From Chitinophagales bacterium (GTDB lineage Bacteria; Bacteroidota; Bacteroidia; Chitinophagales; JADIYW01), in contig JAMLHI010000006.1 of assembly GCA_023957235.1 (NCBI GenBank), positions 77,525-141,524 of the forward strand: a stretch of DNA of 64,000 bases, given 5' to 3'. The translations under genes and the position numbers were made by a program. Every line of letters starts with the position of its first letter. The first letter of the stretch is position 1. This document shows positions 46,396-55,375 of the stretch, piece by piece. Under the pieces are notes generated by a model. It was not told the origin of the DNA. It made no database searches and saw only the letters and a program-made list of their open reading frames with translations.

Positions 46396-47208
46396 TTACC
46401 ATCCTCCGCTGGCCCCGCCGCCACCAAATCCACCTCCACCAAATCCGCCAAATCCACCGCTACTACCTCCACCAAATCCGCCACCAAATCCGCCACTACT
46501 TCTGCCACCAAACCCACCACCTATAAAGGGAGGAAACGTATCCCTATAGCCTCTGCCTGTATAGGTATGGTTGTCATTGTCTTTGCTCTTGGATATGATG
46601 ATAAGTATGATAATTATTATAATGAAAATGAAGAGGAGATTCATTGAAAGCCCCGAACTCTGATTCTTATCTACCTTAAAATTGCCACTCAGCAATTGTA
46701 TCATCCGATCAGTAGATTGGTCTAGACCTTGGTAATATTTGCCTTCTTTAAAATTGGGAATGAGGATTTCTCTTAAAATTCTATTGGCATCAATATCTGA
46801 AATGTATTGACCTACTCTATATCCTGTTTCGATATCAAATTTTCTTTCATCTCTAGCTATAAGTATCAGTATTCCATTGTCTTTGTCTTTGTCACCAATT
46901 CCCCATTTTCTAGCCAATCTAATCCCATATTCTTCTACTGGATAATCTCCCAATGTGGGAACAGTTACTATTGCAATCTGTGTAGAAGTGCTGTCATTAT
47001 AAGCTACAAGTTTGTTTTCTAACGCCTGAATTTCTTGACTTTGCAACATTTGGGCAAAATCATTTACTAGGCGTGGAGTTGATGAAGGTGATACGATATC
47101 TTTGTCTTCAAACTGTGCCTGAGCATGAGCTTTTGTTATTAAAAACAAGCATGTAACCAGAAAAATTAATAAAGTCTTCGATCTAGATACCATAGGAAAT
47201 ATTGTCAT
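46396..47208 (-). CDS. TPM domain protein (YgcG-like) with TM helix and Gly-rich C-terminal tail
   Basis: Signal peptide. TPM-like core (VNDFAQML...IAIVTVPTLGDYPVEEY...GILILIARDERKFDIETGY), a TM helix, and a GGGFGG-rich tail. Confidence 0.8.
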   Translation of the reverse strand: MTIFPMVSRSKTLLIFLVTCLFLITKAHAQAQFEDKDIVSPSSTPRLVNDFAQMLQSQEIQALENKLVAYNDSTSTQIAIVTVPTLGDYPVEEYGIRLARKWGIGDKDKDNGILILIARDERKFDIETGYRVGQYISDIDANRILREILIPNFKEGKYYQGLDQSTDRMIQLLSGNFKVDKNQSSGLSMNLLFIFIIIIIILIIISKSKDNDNHTYTGRGYRDTFPPFIGGGFGGRSSGGFGGGFGGGSSGGFGGFGGGGFGGGGASGGW

Positions 47209-47620
47209 TTAAGTCATTGGTATCATTGTCTTTGTCATAAGGAAAATGAGTGTGAAGGCTTTCTCCGATTTCTAAAATTGCTTCAATAATTCCTTTGTCA
47301 AATTGATTTTTTTTGAAGTGTTGTGAGAGTTTGAATACAGTGCCATCCCAATAATCATTACCTACTTTTGAATGAATATTGGCATCTCCTAAAATACATA
47401 TTTTATGGTCTGAGATTGAAATATAAATTAACACACCATTTTTTTGTGGTAAATCTTGCATTTTGAGATAATGAAAAATTTCAGTAGCATGTTGCATGAC
47501 CTCTCCTGAACACCTAGATTCTAGATGTATTTTAATTTCACCAGAAGTTTTTAATTCAGCCTTTTGAATAGCTTGAACGATTGCTTCAGGTTGTTTGAAA
47601 AAGGAATGAATATTAGACAT
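47183..47620 (-). CDS. Cytoplasmic TPM-domain protein
   Basis: Pattern SGEIKIHLE...NGVLIYISISDHKICILGD. Position between lemA and the ygcG-like gene is typical. Confidence 0.7.
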   Translation of the reverse strand: MSNIHSFFKQPEAIVQAIQKAELKTSGEIKIHLESRCSGEVMQHATEIFHYLKMQDLPQKNGVLIYISISDHKICILGDANIHSKVGNDYWDGTVFKLSQHFKKNQFDKGIIEAILEIGESLHTHFPYDKDNDTNDLNDNISYGI

Positions 47621-47621
47621 T

Positions 47622-48209
47622 TTAAAATTTTACTTTAGGTGCCTTTTCAGCTCCTGCCTCAGATTTAAAACCCTCTTTAGCACCAAACCCGAAAATTCTT
47701 GCGGTTATAACTGCTGGGAAAGTTCTAATGGAAGTGTTGTAAGTTTTGACACTGGCATTAAAATCTCGTCTAGAGATATTGATTTTTTGCTCTAATCTAG
47801 CCAGCTGGCTCTGTAAATCCATAAAGTGAGCACTTGCTTTGAGTTCTGGATATCTTTCTACAGTCAGCATTAATCTACTCAGAGAACCACTTAAAGCAGA
47901 TTGTGCTTGGTCAAATTTTTCTAAGTTGGCTGGAGTGATTTCGTCTGAATTAATAGTTACTCCAGTAGCTTTAGACCGTGCTTCAATGACTTGTGTTAGA
48001 GTTTCTTTTTCAAAATCGGCATATCCTTTCACTGTTTCAACTAAGTTATCAACCAAGTCGTATCTTTCTTGGTAGGATGCTTCAACATTGGCCCATGCTT
48101 CTTTTACTCCTTCATCATTTTTGATGATACTATTGTATGAGCAACTGGAAAATAATGTTGCTGAAGAAAATGCCACTATGGCGATGAAAAATAAACGTTT
48201 CATATTCAT
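47622..48209 (-). CDS. lemA: LemA family protein
   Basis: N-terminal anchor/lipobox, then YNSIIKNDEGVKEAWANVEASYQERYDLVDNLVETVKGYADFEKETL and RRDFNASVKTYNTSIRTFP, which are hallmark LemA segments. Confidence 0.9.
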   Translation of the reverse strand: MNMKRLFFIAIVAFSSATLFSSCSYNSIIKNDEGVKEAWANVEASYQERYDLVDNLVETVKGYADFEKETLTQVIEARSKATGVTINSDEITPANLEKFDQAQSALSGSLSRLMLTVERYPELKASAHFMDLQSQLARLEQKINISRRDFNASVKTYNTSIRTFPAVITARIFGFGAKEGFKSEAGAEKAPKVKF

Positions 48210-48498
48210 ACTATTTAATTAAATTGTGTGCATCAAGTTAGTAAATCTTCTAACTCTAAGTATGATTGATAAATATTTTTAACTAAATATAGATTTTTCT
48301 ACATGCTTTTAATGAGTGAAATATTCATTTTGGCTATTCATTTTTGTAAGATTTATTATTCTGTATTCTTTTCAATTTCACACACTTATTAAGTGTAATT
48401 TAGAATTTCTTTCAGATTTTAAATAATTTGACTTCTATTTCGTTAATATTTTATCTCTGATTGAATTATTCACTAACTTTACAAAGATTGAGTATAGA

Positions 48499-49215
48499 AT
48501 GAAATATATTAATACGTTTATTTTTATTGGAATAGTAGGAATAATTACTGCTTGTAAGAAAGACACAGATAAAACGGTGATTGATCTTAAAACAGATTAT
48601 TTTGTTGATGATGTTGGGAGTTTTATCGTTTATCAAGTAGATTCGGTGTTGTACAATGATTTTACAGGTGAAGTGACTAGTAAGTCAACAGTGGTCAAAG
48701 AAAAAGTCGTTGAAGAGTTTAAAGATGATATGAATAGACTAGCGAAGCGCTGGGAAAAATATACATTTGATTCGACAGACAAAGTTTGGAAGGCATTTAG
48801 GTCTTATTATACTGTCAGACAAAACCAATCAATCGAAAGAGTAGAAGAAAATCTCAGATTTATTAGTATTGTTTTTCCTCCAAAAAAAGATTTAACATGG
48901 AAGGGTAATAGATTTATTAATGCAGTAGATAATAATAAATATTTGAGTGATTGGACTTATCTATTTACCACTGTTGATGTACCCACAACTGTTTTGAAAA
49001 ATAACTTTGATCTTACTGCGACTATTTTACTAAGAGATAAGGAAACAGCAATTGAAAGAGTCTTTGCAAAGGAGATTTATGCCAGAGGAGTGGGTCTGAT
49101 ATATAAAGAATGGTGGCATTTAGAAACCCAAAATATTTCTGATTTACCTTGGGTAGATAAAGCAGAAAACGGATATATTGTCAAGTGGCAAGCATTGGAT
49201 TATGGCAAAGAATAA
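48499..49215 (+). CDS. Hypothetical lipoprotein
   Basis: Lipobox GIITAC. No recognisable family. Confidence 0.55.
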   Translation: MKYINTFIFIGIVGIITACKKDTDKTVIDLKTDYFVDDVGSFIVYQVDSVLYNDFTGEVTSKSTVVKEKVVEEFKDDMNRLAKRWEKYTFDSTDKVWKAFRSYYTVRQNQSIERVEENLRFISIVFPPKKDLTWKGNRFINAVDNNKYLSDWTYLFTTVDVPTTVLKNNFDLTATILLRDKETAIERVFAKEIYARGVGLIYKEWWHLETQNISDLPWVDKAENGYIVKWQALDYGKE

Positions 49216-50581
49216 GGGATTTTTCCTCTTTTTATTTCTTTTTATTTTTATCAATGTACATGCTGAAATTATCCCTACCCATTCTTATGTTTTAGTTTTT
49301 TTTAAGGATAAAAAGGAAATTCCAGAAGCACAATTGAAACTTTTGTTTTCTTCAGCTTCATTAGCGAGGAGAGAGAGGCAAGGGATCAGTTTTGATGAAG
49401 TGGACTATCCTGTTCATCAGGCATATATTCAAAAAATAAGTTCTAAAGGTTTTGTTGTAGAAGATTATTCCAAATGGCTCAATGCGGTATTGCTAAGAAA
49501 ACCTTTTTTCAAGAAAAGAGATATCAAGGAATTATGTAGCTTGGATTTTGTAGATAATGTGGAATATCTTGGAGGGCAAAGCCAATTAGAAGGATATCGA
49601 ACATCCAATCATCAAGTCTTATCTCATTATGAAGAGGTTTCCACTTTGGCTCATAGCTATTATAGAAAGATGGGTTTAGACACATTGCATGCAATGGGGT
49701 ATTGGGGAAAAAATATTCATATCGGTATCATTGATGGAGGTTTTTGGGGAGTCAATAGTTTGAAAGATTTTCAACATCTCTATCAAAATGGACAGATTGA
49801 CGAAGTTCAAGATTTTACTCATTCGAATGAATATATATATAGCGTGTCATCACATGGAACCAAAATATTGAGTTTGTTTTCTACTATGAATGGGAATAAA
49901 TTGCAAGGTGCAGCTCCATTATCTACATTTTCTTTATTAAAATCTGAATGGATATCACACGAGATTCCTTTAGAAGAATTTTTCTTTGTGAAAGCAGTTG
50001 AATATTGTGATAGTATAGGAGTAGATGTAATTAATGCGTCTATAGGTTATAATTATTTTGAAGATATAAGAGATAATTATTCCCGTAACAGTTTATATTC
50101 TCATAAGTCTATTTCTTCTCGAGTAGCTTCATTAGCTGCCAGTAGAGGGATGATATTTGTGACCAGTGCTGGTAATGAAGGAAACCAACCCTGGAAAGAG
50201 GTGACTTTTCCTGCTGATGCAGATAGTATTTTAGCTGTTGGAGCATTGGATTTTAAAGAACAAGCGGTAGTTTATGCTTCTTATGGAAGAGCAAACAGTC
50301 CTCTTGTACGCCCTAATGTTGCTGCATTTGGAGATAAGGTATATACAATCAATGAGGAGGGTAATTATGTTCTATCTTATGGCTCTTCTTATGCTGCGCC
50401 ATGGGTTACTGCTGCAGTAGCTTGTTTATGGGAAATGTATCCAAATTTAAAAGCTATTGAGTTGATTAAACTTCTTGAATGTACCTCCAAAGATGCAGAC
50501 AAACCTCAACTTCAATCTGGCTTTGGTATTCCCGATTTGAAAAAAGCAATAAATTTATTAGAAGGAAAGATACAGTTTTAG
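49202..50581 (+). CDS. S8 (subtilisin) family serine peptidase
   Basis: Triad contexts IGIIDGGF (Asp), SSHGTK (His), GSSYAAPW (Ser). Signal peptide after the ATG at 49202; the track start 49178 is TTG. Confidence 0.85.
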   Translation: MAKNKGFFLFLFLFIFINVHAEIIPTHSYVLVFFKDKKEIPEAQLKLLFSSASLARRERQGISFDEVDYPVHQAYIQKISSKGFVVEDYSKWLNAVLLRKPFFKKRDIKELCSLDFVDNVEYLGGQSQLEGYRTSNHQVLSHYEEVSTLAHSYYRKMGLDTLHAMGYWGKNIHIGIIDGGFWGVNSLKDFQHLYQNGQIDEVQDFTHSNEYIYSVSSHGTKILSLFSTMNGNKLQGAAPLSTFSLLKSEWISHEIPLEEFFFVKAVEYCDSIGVDVINASIGYNYFEDIRDNYSRNSLYSHKSISSRVASLAASRGMIFVTSAGNEGNQPWKEVTFPADADSILAVGALDFKEQAVVYASYGRANSPLVRPNVAAFGDKVYTINEEGNYVLSYGSSYAAPWVTAAVACLWEMYPNLKAIELIKLLECTSKDADKPQLQSGFGIPDLKKAINLLEGKIQF

Positions 50582-50724
50582 ATTTTAGTAATAATTGTGC
50601 TTATTGATGGATTTCTCTATGAAAGAAATTGAAAATAAATAGCACTTAAATGAATAAATTACTTGTTTACTTCCAATTTCTATCTAGAGATATAATGATA
50701 AAGATGTTTTATTTAAAAATTGAA

Positions 50725-52716
50725 CTACCAAATAATGACTCTGTCCTCTTCAGATACAGTAGGAGCGCATTTAAAGGCATCATAAAACTCTTTTAAGTTA
50801 GATAAGGTGACATTAATACGTGCTTTTGCTGGTGAATGTGGATCTACAGCTATCAATTGTTTTAAGGCTTCTGTAGTGGCATTGCTTCTCCATATTTTTG
50901 CCCATCCATAAAAAAATCTTTGTTTATAATCCATTCCATTGACCAACGGTGGTTCTGGTTTGTTTGAATATTCTTTAAGAAGTGCATAATAACCTAAAAT
51001 TACACCTCCTTGGTCAGCAATATTTTCACCAAGTGTAAATGCTCCATTGACTTTAACATCTGGTAAAATCTCGAAATTGTCATATTCTTTAACCAGTTTC
51101 TGTGTAAGTTTATCAAACTTCGCTCTATCTTCTTCTGTCCACCAATTATTTAAATTTCCTTCAGCATCAAATTGTGAACCTTGATCATCAAATCCATGTG
51201 AAAATTCATGACCAATTACAGCTCCAATACCTCCATAATTGACTGCATCGTCTATGTTAGCGTCGTAAAATGGAGCCTGTAAAATGCCCGCAGGAAAAAC
51301 AATCTCATTGAAAAGAGGATTGTAATAGGCATTGACTTCGTGAGCATTCATTTCAAATTTATCTTTATCAGTCTCTTTTCCATATTCTTTAAGATTCTTT
51401 TTTATCATAAAACTTTGAATTTTTATAACATTTTCAAAAGCTTTATCTTCTTGGATATCAATGCTTGAAAAGTCTGTCCATTTTTTGGGATATCCAATTT
51501 TATAGGTGAAAGTACTTAGTTTTTTAAGTGCTGCCTTTTTTGTTTCATCAGACATCCATTCTAAATTGTTAATTCTGTCAGCATAAACTAAACGCATATT
51601 TTCAATCATGTGCTCAATTTTTGCTTTAGATTCTGAAGAAAAATATTTGCTGACAAATAAGCGTCCAAGCGGTTCGCCAAAAATTTGATTCATTCTTCTG
51701 ATAGTCTTTTCATTGAGTGGAAGTTGCTCTTTGACCCCATTAATTGTTGTTGAGAAGAAATCAAAATTAGCTTGTTCAAAAGTTTCTGGTAAATAAGATG
51801 CCATACTCATAGTTAGATGGTACTTTAAATATTCTTTCCAACTTTCCAATGAATGATTTTTAATAATTTTTGAATATTTACCTAAGATTTCTGGGTTGAT
51901 AACAATGATTTCATGAGGCTGGATATTGAGTGCTTTGAAATAGTTGTCCCAATTAATAGTAGGAGAGGCTTTTTTCATATCAGCATAAGAATATTTATTA
52001 TATATCTTCATTGGATTTCTCATTTCTTCCTTGCTGAGATGATATTGAGCGATATCGTTTTCGATAGCAAATATCTGAGAAGCAATTTTTTCTGCTTTAG
52101 ATGCTTTTTTTCCTAATAATAATTCAATTTTTAATAGGTATTTTTTGAATGCTTCTCTAATTTTTTGCTTGTCTTCATCATTAGAAAGATAAAAGTCTTT
52201 ATCTCCTAAAGACAAGCCTGATTGTGATATATAAAATGTATTGTATTTTGAATTCATCATATCTGCTTCTACTCCTCCCTCAATAGGCAGTGTCAAACCT
52301 GGAATGATAGCATTTAATACGATGAGGTCATTAAATGAAGCTGCATTATCAATGAGTTTAAAATAGTTTTTTAATGGTGTTATACCTCTTTTATTTCTGA
52401 TTTCACTATTGCTTAAAGAATTGTATAAATCCTTAATTTGTTGCTGATAGGAATTTTTAGGAAATGAGGTCTTCAATAAATCGTTGACTATCCCTTCCAT
52501 TTTTTTGTCATTATCTTTTGCTAGGATATTAAACGAACCCCATCTGCTCTCAGTAGAGGGTACAGGGTTTTGAGCTTTCCAATCAGCATTGATATAGTGG
52601 TCAAAATCGTGACAGGCAGTTGAAGAAGGTTGTGCACGTAAAGGAGCACTCAACATCATTGAAAGGCAAAAAAGTCCTATTGAAGTTTTCATGTTAAAGA
52701 GATAGTTTTTATTCAT
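50725..52716 (-). CDS. M13 (neprilysin/PepO-like) zinc metallopeptidase
   Basis: VIGHEFSHGFD (HExxH) and GENIADQGG (third zinc ligand). Signal peptide. An alternative ATG lies at 52692. Confidence 0.9.
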   Translation of the reverse strand: MNKNYLFNMKTSIGLFCLSMMLSAPLRAQPSSTACHDFDHYINADWKAQNPVPSTESRWGSFNILAKDNDKKMEGIVNDLLKTSFPKNSYQQQIKDLYNSLSNSEIRNKRGITPLKNYFKLIDNAASFNDLIVLNAIIPGLTLPIEGGVEADMMNSKYNTFYISQSGLSLGDKDFYLSNDEDKQKIREAFKKYLLKIELLLGKKASKAEKIASQIFAIENDIAQYHLSKEEMRNPMKIYNKYSYADMKKASPTINWDNYFKALNIQPHEIIVINPEILGKYSKIIKNHSLESWKEYLKYHLTMSMASYLPETFEQANFDFFSTTINGVKEQLPLNEKTIRRMNQIFGEPLGRLFVSKYFSSESKAKIEHMIENMRLVYADRINNLEWMSDETKKAALKKLSTFTYKIGYPKKWTDFSSIDIQEDKAFENVIKIQSFMIKKNLKEYGKETDKDKFEMNAHEVNAYYNPLFNEIVFPAGILQAPFYDANIDDAVNYGGIGAVIGHEFSHGFDDQGSQFDAEGNLNNWWTEEDRAKFDKLTQKLVKEYDNFEILPDVKVNGAFTLGENIADQGGVILGYYALLKEYSNKPEPPLVNGMDYKQRFFYGWAKIWRSNATTEALKQLIAVDPHSPAKARINVTLSNLKEFYDAFKCAPTVSEEDRVIIW

Positions 52717-52816
52717 ATAATTAATATTGGTACAAATTTAAAGGAGAATTATCGTATAAATTTATACGATTAACGTTTATTAAGCAAATGTTAAAATGCT
52801 TATTAATATTGCTCCT

Positions 52817-53431
52817 TTAGGTGAGATTGGCAATTCTATATGCCATCACTAGCCCAAATAAGATGAGTAATACACCTCCTAAGGCTCTTAAATTCGATAA
52901 AAACGTTGAATTTAATTTTTGTGCAATTTTATCTGCAAAAAATATTTTTGTCAAATCAGCACAAATAGTTGTAGCTAAAATTCCAAAATAAAATAGTTGT
53001 GTTTCAATTTTAGATTCAAAACTAGCTTTACTAGCAACTCCTAGCCAAAATAAAAATACGAATGGATTGAATGTATTAATGATAAATCCCTTTAAGAATA
53101 AGTTTCCTGATTTGAAGAATTGAACATCTGTCTGCTTCTCAGTCTTGTTTTTTGTCTTAATAGATACAATCCCTAGTACTACGAGCAAAAATGCAACTAT
53201 ATACCCCAATCTATAATCAAGTTTGCTGTTTTCAAAGACAGAATATAACCCAAAGTAGGTGATATAGGCGATGAGAAAATCACTAGTCCATAGCCCTGAA
53301 GTCAGAAATATAGTAGCCTTTCTTCCTCTCTTGATGGTTTCTTCTAAAATGAGAATAAAAATTGGCCCCACTATTATGGAAATGACTATGCCTAAGCCTA
53401 TACCTTGAAAAAGTGCTATCACAAGTGGCAA
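52817..53431 (-). CDS. LysE/RhtB family amino-acid exporter
   Basis: Six TM helices with an N-terminal GxxxxxxxGP pattern (GLGIVISIIVGPIF). It starts at TTG because a stop lies immediately upstream and there is no ATG in the first ~100 codons. Confidence 0.75.
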   Translation of the reverse strand: MPLVIALFQGIGLGIVISIIVGPIFILILEETIKRGRKATIFLTSGLWTSDFLIAYITYFGLYSVFENSKLDYRLGYIVAFLLVVLGIVSIKTKNKTEKQTDVQFFKSGNLFLKGFIINTFNPFVFLFWLGVASKASFESKIETQLFYFGILATTICADLTKIFFADKIAQKLNSTFLSNLRALGGVLLILFGLVMAYRIANLT

Positions 53432-53506
53432 TTATAGTAATTTTTATCTTTTTAAAAACTTAAATATTGATAATAAACTGATATTTGCTAGAGTTTTGGA
53501 TAAATC

Positions 53507-54433
53507 ATGTTGGGAATAAAGGAAAATCTTCGTCAGTGGGCTTTGGAGTTGGGCTTTCAAGATGTAGGCTTCGCTCAGGCAGGATTTCTTAGCGAAGAAG
53601 CACCACTGCTAGAAAATTGGTTAAAGCAAGGGTATCACGGCCAAATGAAATACATGGAAAATTGGTTTGATAAAAGATTAGACCCTCGGTTATTAGTAGA
53701 TGGTGCTAAAACAGTTATGGTGATGACTTATAATTATCATCAGGAAGAAAAACAAAGATGCTCTAATGCTCCAAAAATATCTCAATATGCTTATAGTTTA
53801 GATTATCACGATGTTATAAGAGATAAGTTAAATTTATTGTTGAATAATGCTAGAGAAAAATATGGAGATTTTCAGGCACGTGGTTTTGTGGATTCAGCCC
53901 CTGTTCTAGAAAATGCTTGGGCAAAAAGAGCTGGAATAGGATGGATTGGAAAACACACATTGATTATTAACAAAAGGAAGGGGTCCTTCTTTTTTTTGGC
54001 TTCTATTGTGATGGATTTGAAAGTTGAAGAAGATCCACCTTTTAAAACTGATCATTGCGGTACTTGTACGAGATGTATTGATTTTTGTCCAACAGAAGCA
54101 ATTCTTGCTCCTGGGCTCTTGGATGCCAGTAAATGTATTTCATATCTGACGATTGAATTGAAAGATGCAATTCCAGATTCTTTCAAAGGTAAAACTGATG
54201 GCTGGGTATTCGGATGCGATATATGCCAAGAAGTTTGTCCATGGAATCGATTTAGTATAACCAATCACGAGCCTGCTTTCAAGCCTTCTGAAGAGTTTTT
54301 AAATATGACTCAAAGAGATTGGGAAGAGATGACTCAGGAGACTTTTAGTCGTGTTTTTCGCAAATCAGCAGTAAAAAGAACAAAATATGCTGGTCTAATG
54401 AGAAATATAAAATTTCTTAAGGAGAATGATTAA
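53507..54433 (+). CDS. queG: Epoxyqueuosine reductase QueG
   Basis: 4Fe-4S motifs CGTCTRCIDFCPT and CDICQEVCPWN, CISYLTIE, N-terminal DUF1730-like region. Confidence 0.9.
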   Translation: MLGIKENLRQWALELGFQDVGFAQAGFLSEEAPLLENWLKQGYHGQMKYMENWFDKRLDPRLLVDGAKTVMVMTYNYHQEEKQRCSNAPKISQYAYSLDYHDVIRDKLNLLLNNAREKYGDFQARGFVDSAPVLENAWAKRAGIGWIGKHTLIINKRKGSFFFLASIVMDLKVEEDPPFKTDHCGTCTRCIDFCPTEAILAPGLLDASKCISYLTIELKDAIPDSFKGKTDGWVFGCDICQEVCPWNRFSITNHEPAFKPSEEFLNMTQRDWEEMTQETFSRVFRKSAVKRTKYAGLMRNIKFLKEND

Positions 54434-54634
54434 ATATTTTTAAGTTATTAATATTCATTTTGTTATAATAAATATTTATTTTTATAGTTTAGTATGTAGT
54501 TTTCCTGTTTGGAAGATATAAAGAGTACTATTATTTTATGAATAACTATATAGTAAGGTTGAAAGCATATAATATTAATTCAATAATATCAGATTTTTTA
54601 AAAGAAAGGATGTATAAGTCCTTATATTTGTGAT

Positions 54635-55240
54635 GTGAGACAAGCAGATTTTTCAAAAGGATTATTGCCGGCAATCATTCAAGATGCGGTGACTGGACAA
54701 GTGTTGATGTTGGGATATATGAATGAAGAGTCTTTTCAGCAGACTCAAGCATCAGGGAAAGTGACATTTTTCAGCAGAAGTAGAAATACAATTTGGACAA
54801 AGGGCGAAACGAGCGGTCATTTTCTTTTAGTTGAAAAAATTCAGATAGATTGTGATGCTGATACAATTTTGATTCAGGCAATACCTGAAGGGCCTACTTG
54901 TCATGAAGGGACAGACACTTGTTGGGCAAATGATAATAAGGATGAATTTGGCTTTTTACACTATTTGGAAAGATTGATTTTGGATAGAAAATCCAATCCG
55001 CAGGAAGGTTCATATACCAATCATTTGTTTAACAAAGGAATTAATAGAATTGCTCAGAAAGTAGGAGAGGAAGCTATTGAAGTGGTGATAGAAGCTAAAG
55101 ACAATAATGATGAGTTGTTTAAAGGTGAAGCAGCTGATTTGTTATTTCATTTATTAGTGCTTTTGGCAGAGAAGAATATCACTTTAAATGAAGTTGTCGA
55201 TGTGTTGAAAAATAGACACTCTTTAAAATCTAATAAATAA
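54635..55240 (+). CDS. hisIE: Bifunctional phosphoribosyl-AMP cyclohydrolase / phosphoribosyl-ATP pyrophosphatase HisIE
   Basis: GLLPAIIQD...VLMLGYMNEE, WTKGETSGH, CHEGTDTCW, C-terminal EEAIEVVIEAK...EAADLLFHLLVL. GTG start. Confidence 0.9.
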   Translation: MRQADFSKGLLPAIIQDAVTGQVLMLGYMNEESFQQTQASGKVTFFSRSRNTIWTKGETSGHFLLVEKIQIDCDADTILIQAIPEGPTCHEGTDTCWANDNKDEFGFLHYLERLILDRKSNPQEGSYTNHLFNKGINRIAQKVGEEAIEVVIEAKDNNDELFKGEAADLLFHLLVLLAEKNITLNEVVDVLKNRHSLKSNK

Positions 55241-55375
55241 CTTATTTCTAGGTGATACAATTGACTGTTGACGAAACTGTCTGATAGATATTGTTGCGTT
55301 TTAACATTCTTTTCTTTTTGCTTCAAGGTTTAGCAGTCAATTTTTTTTATTTTGGAGCTACTTATATTGTAGATA

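Noticed and set aside
55259-55352. 9-bp inverted repeat AATTGACTG / CAGTCAATT followed by a T-run downstream of hisIE, as a terminator
   Set aside because: The arms are 76 nt apart and I could not find supporting pairings in between. It is too weak to call.
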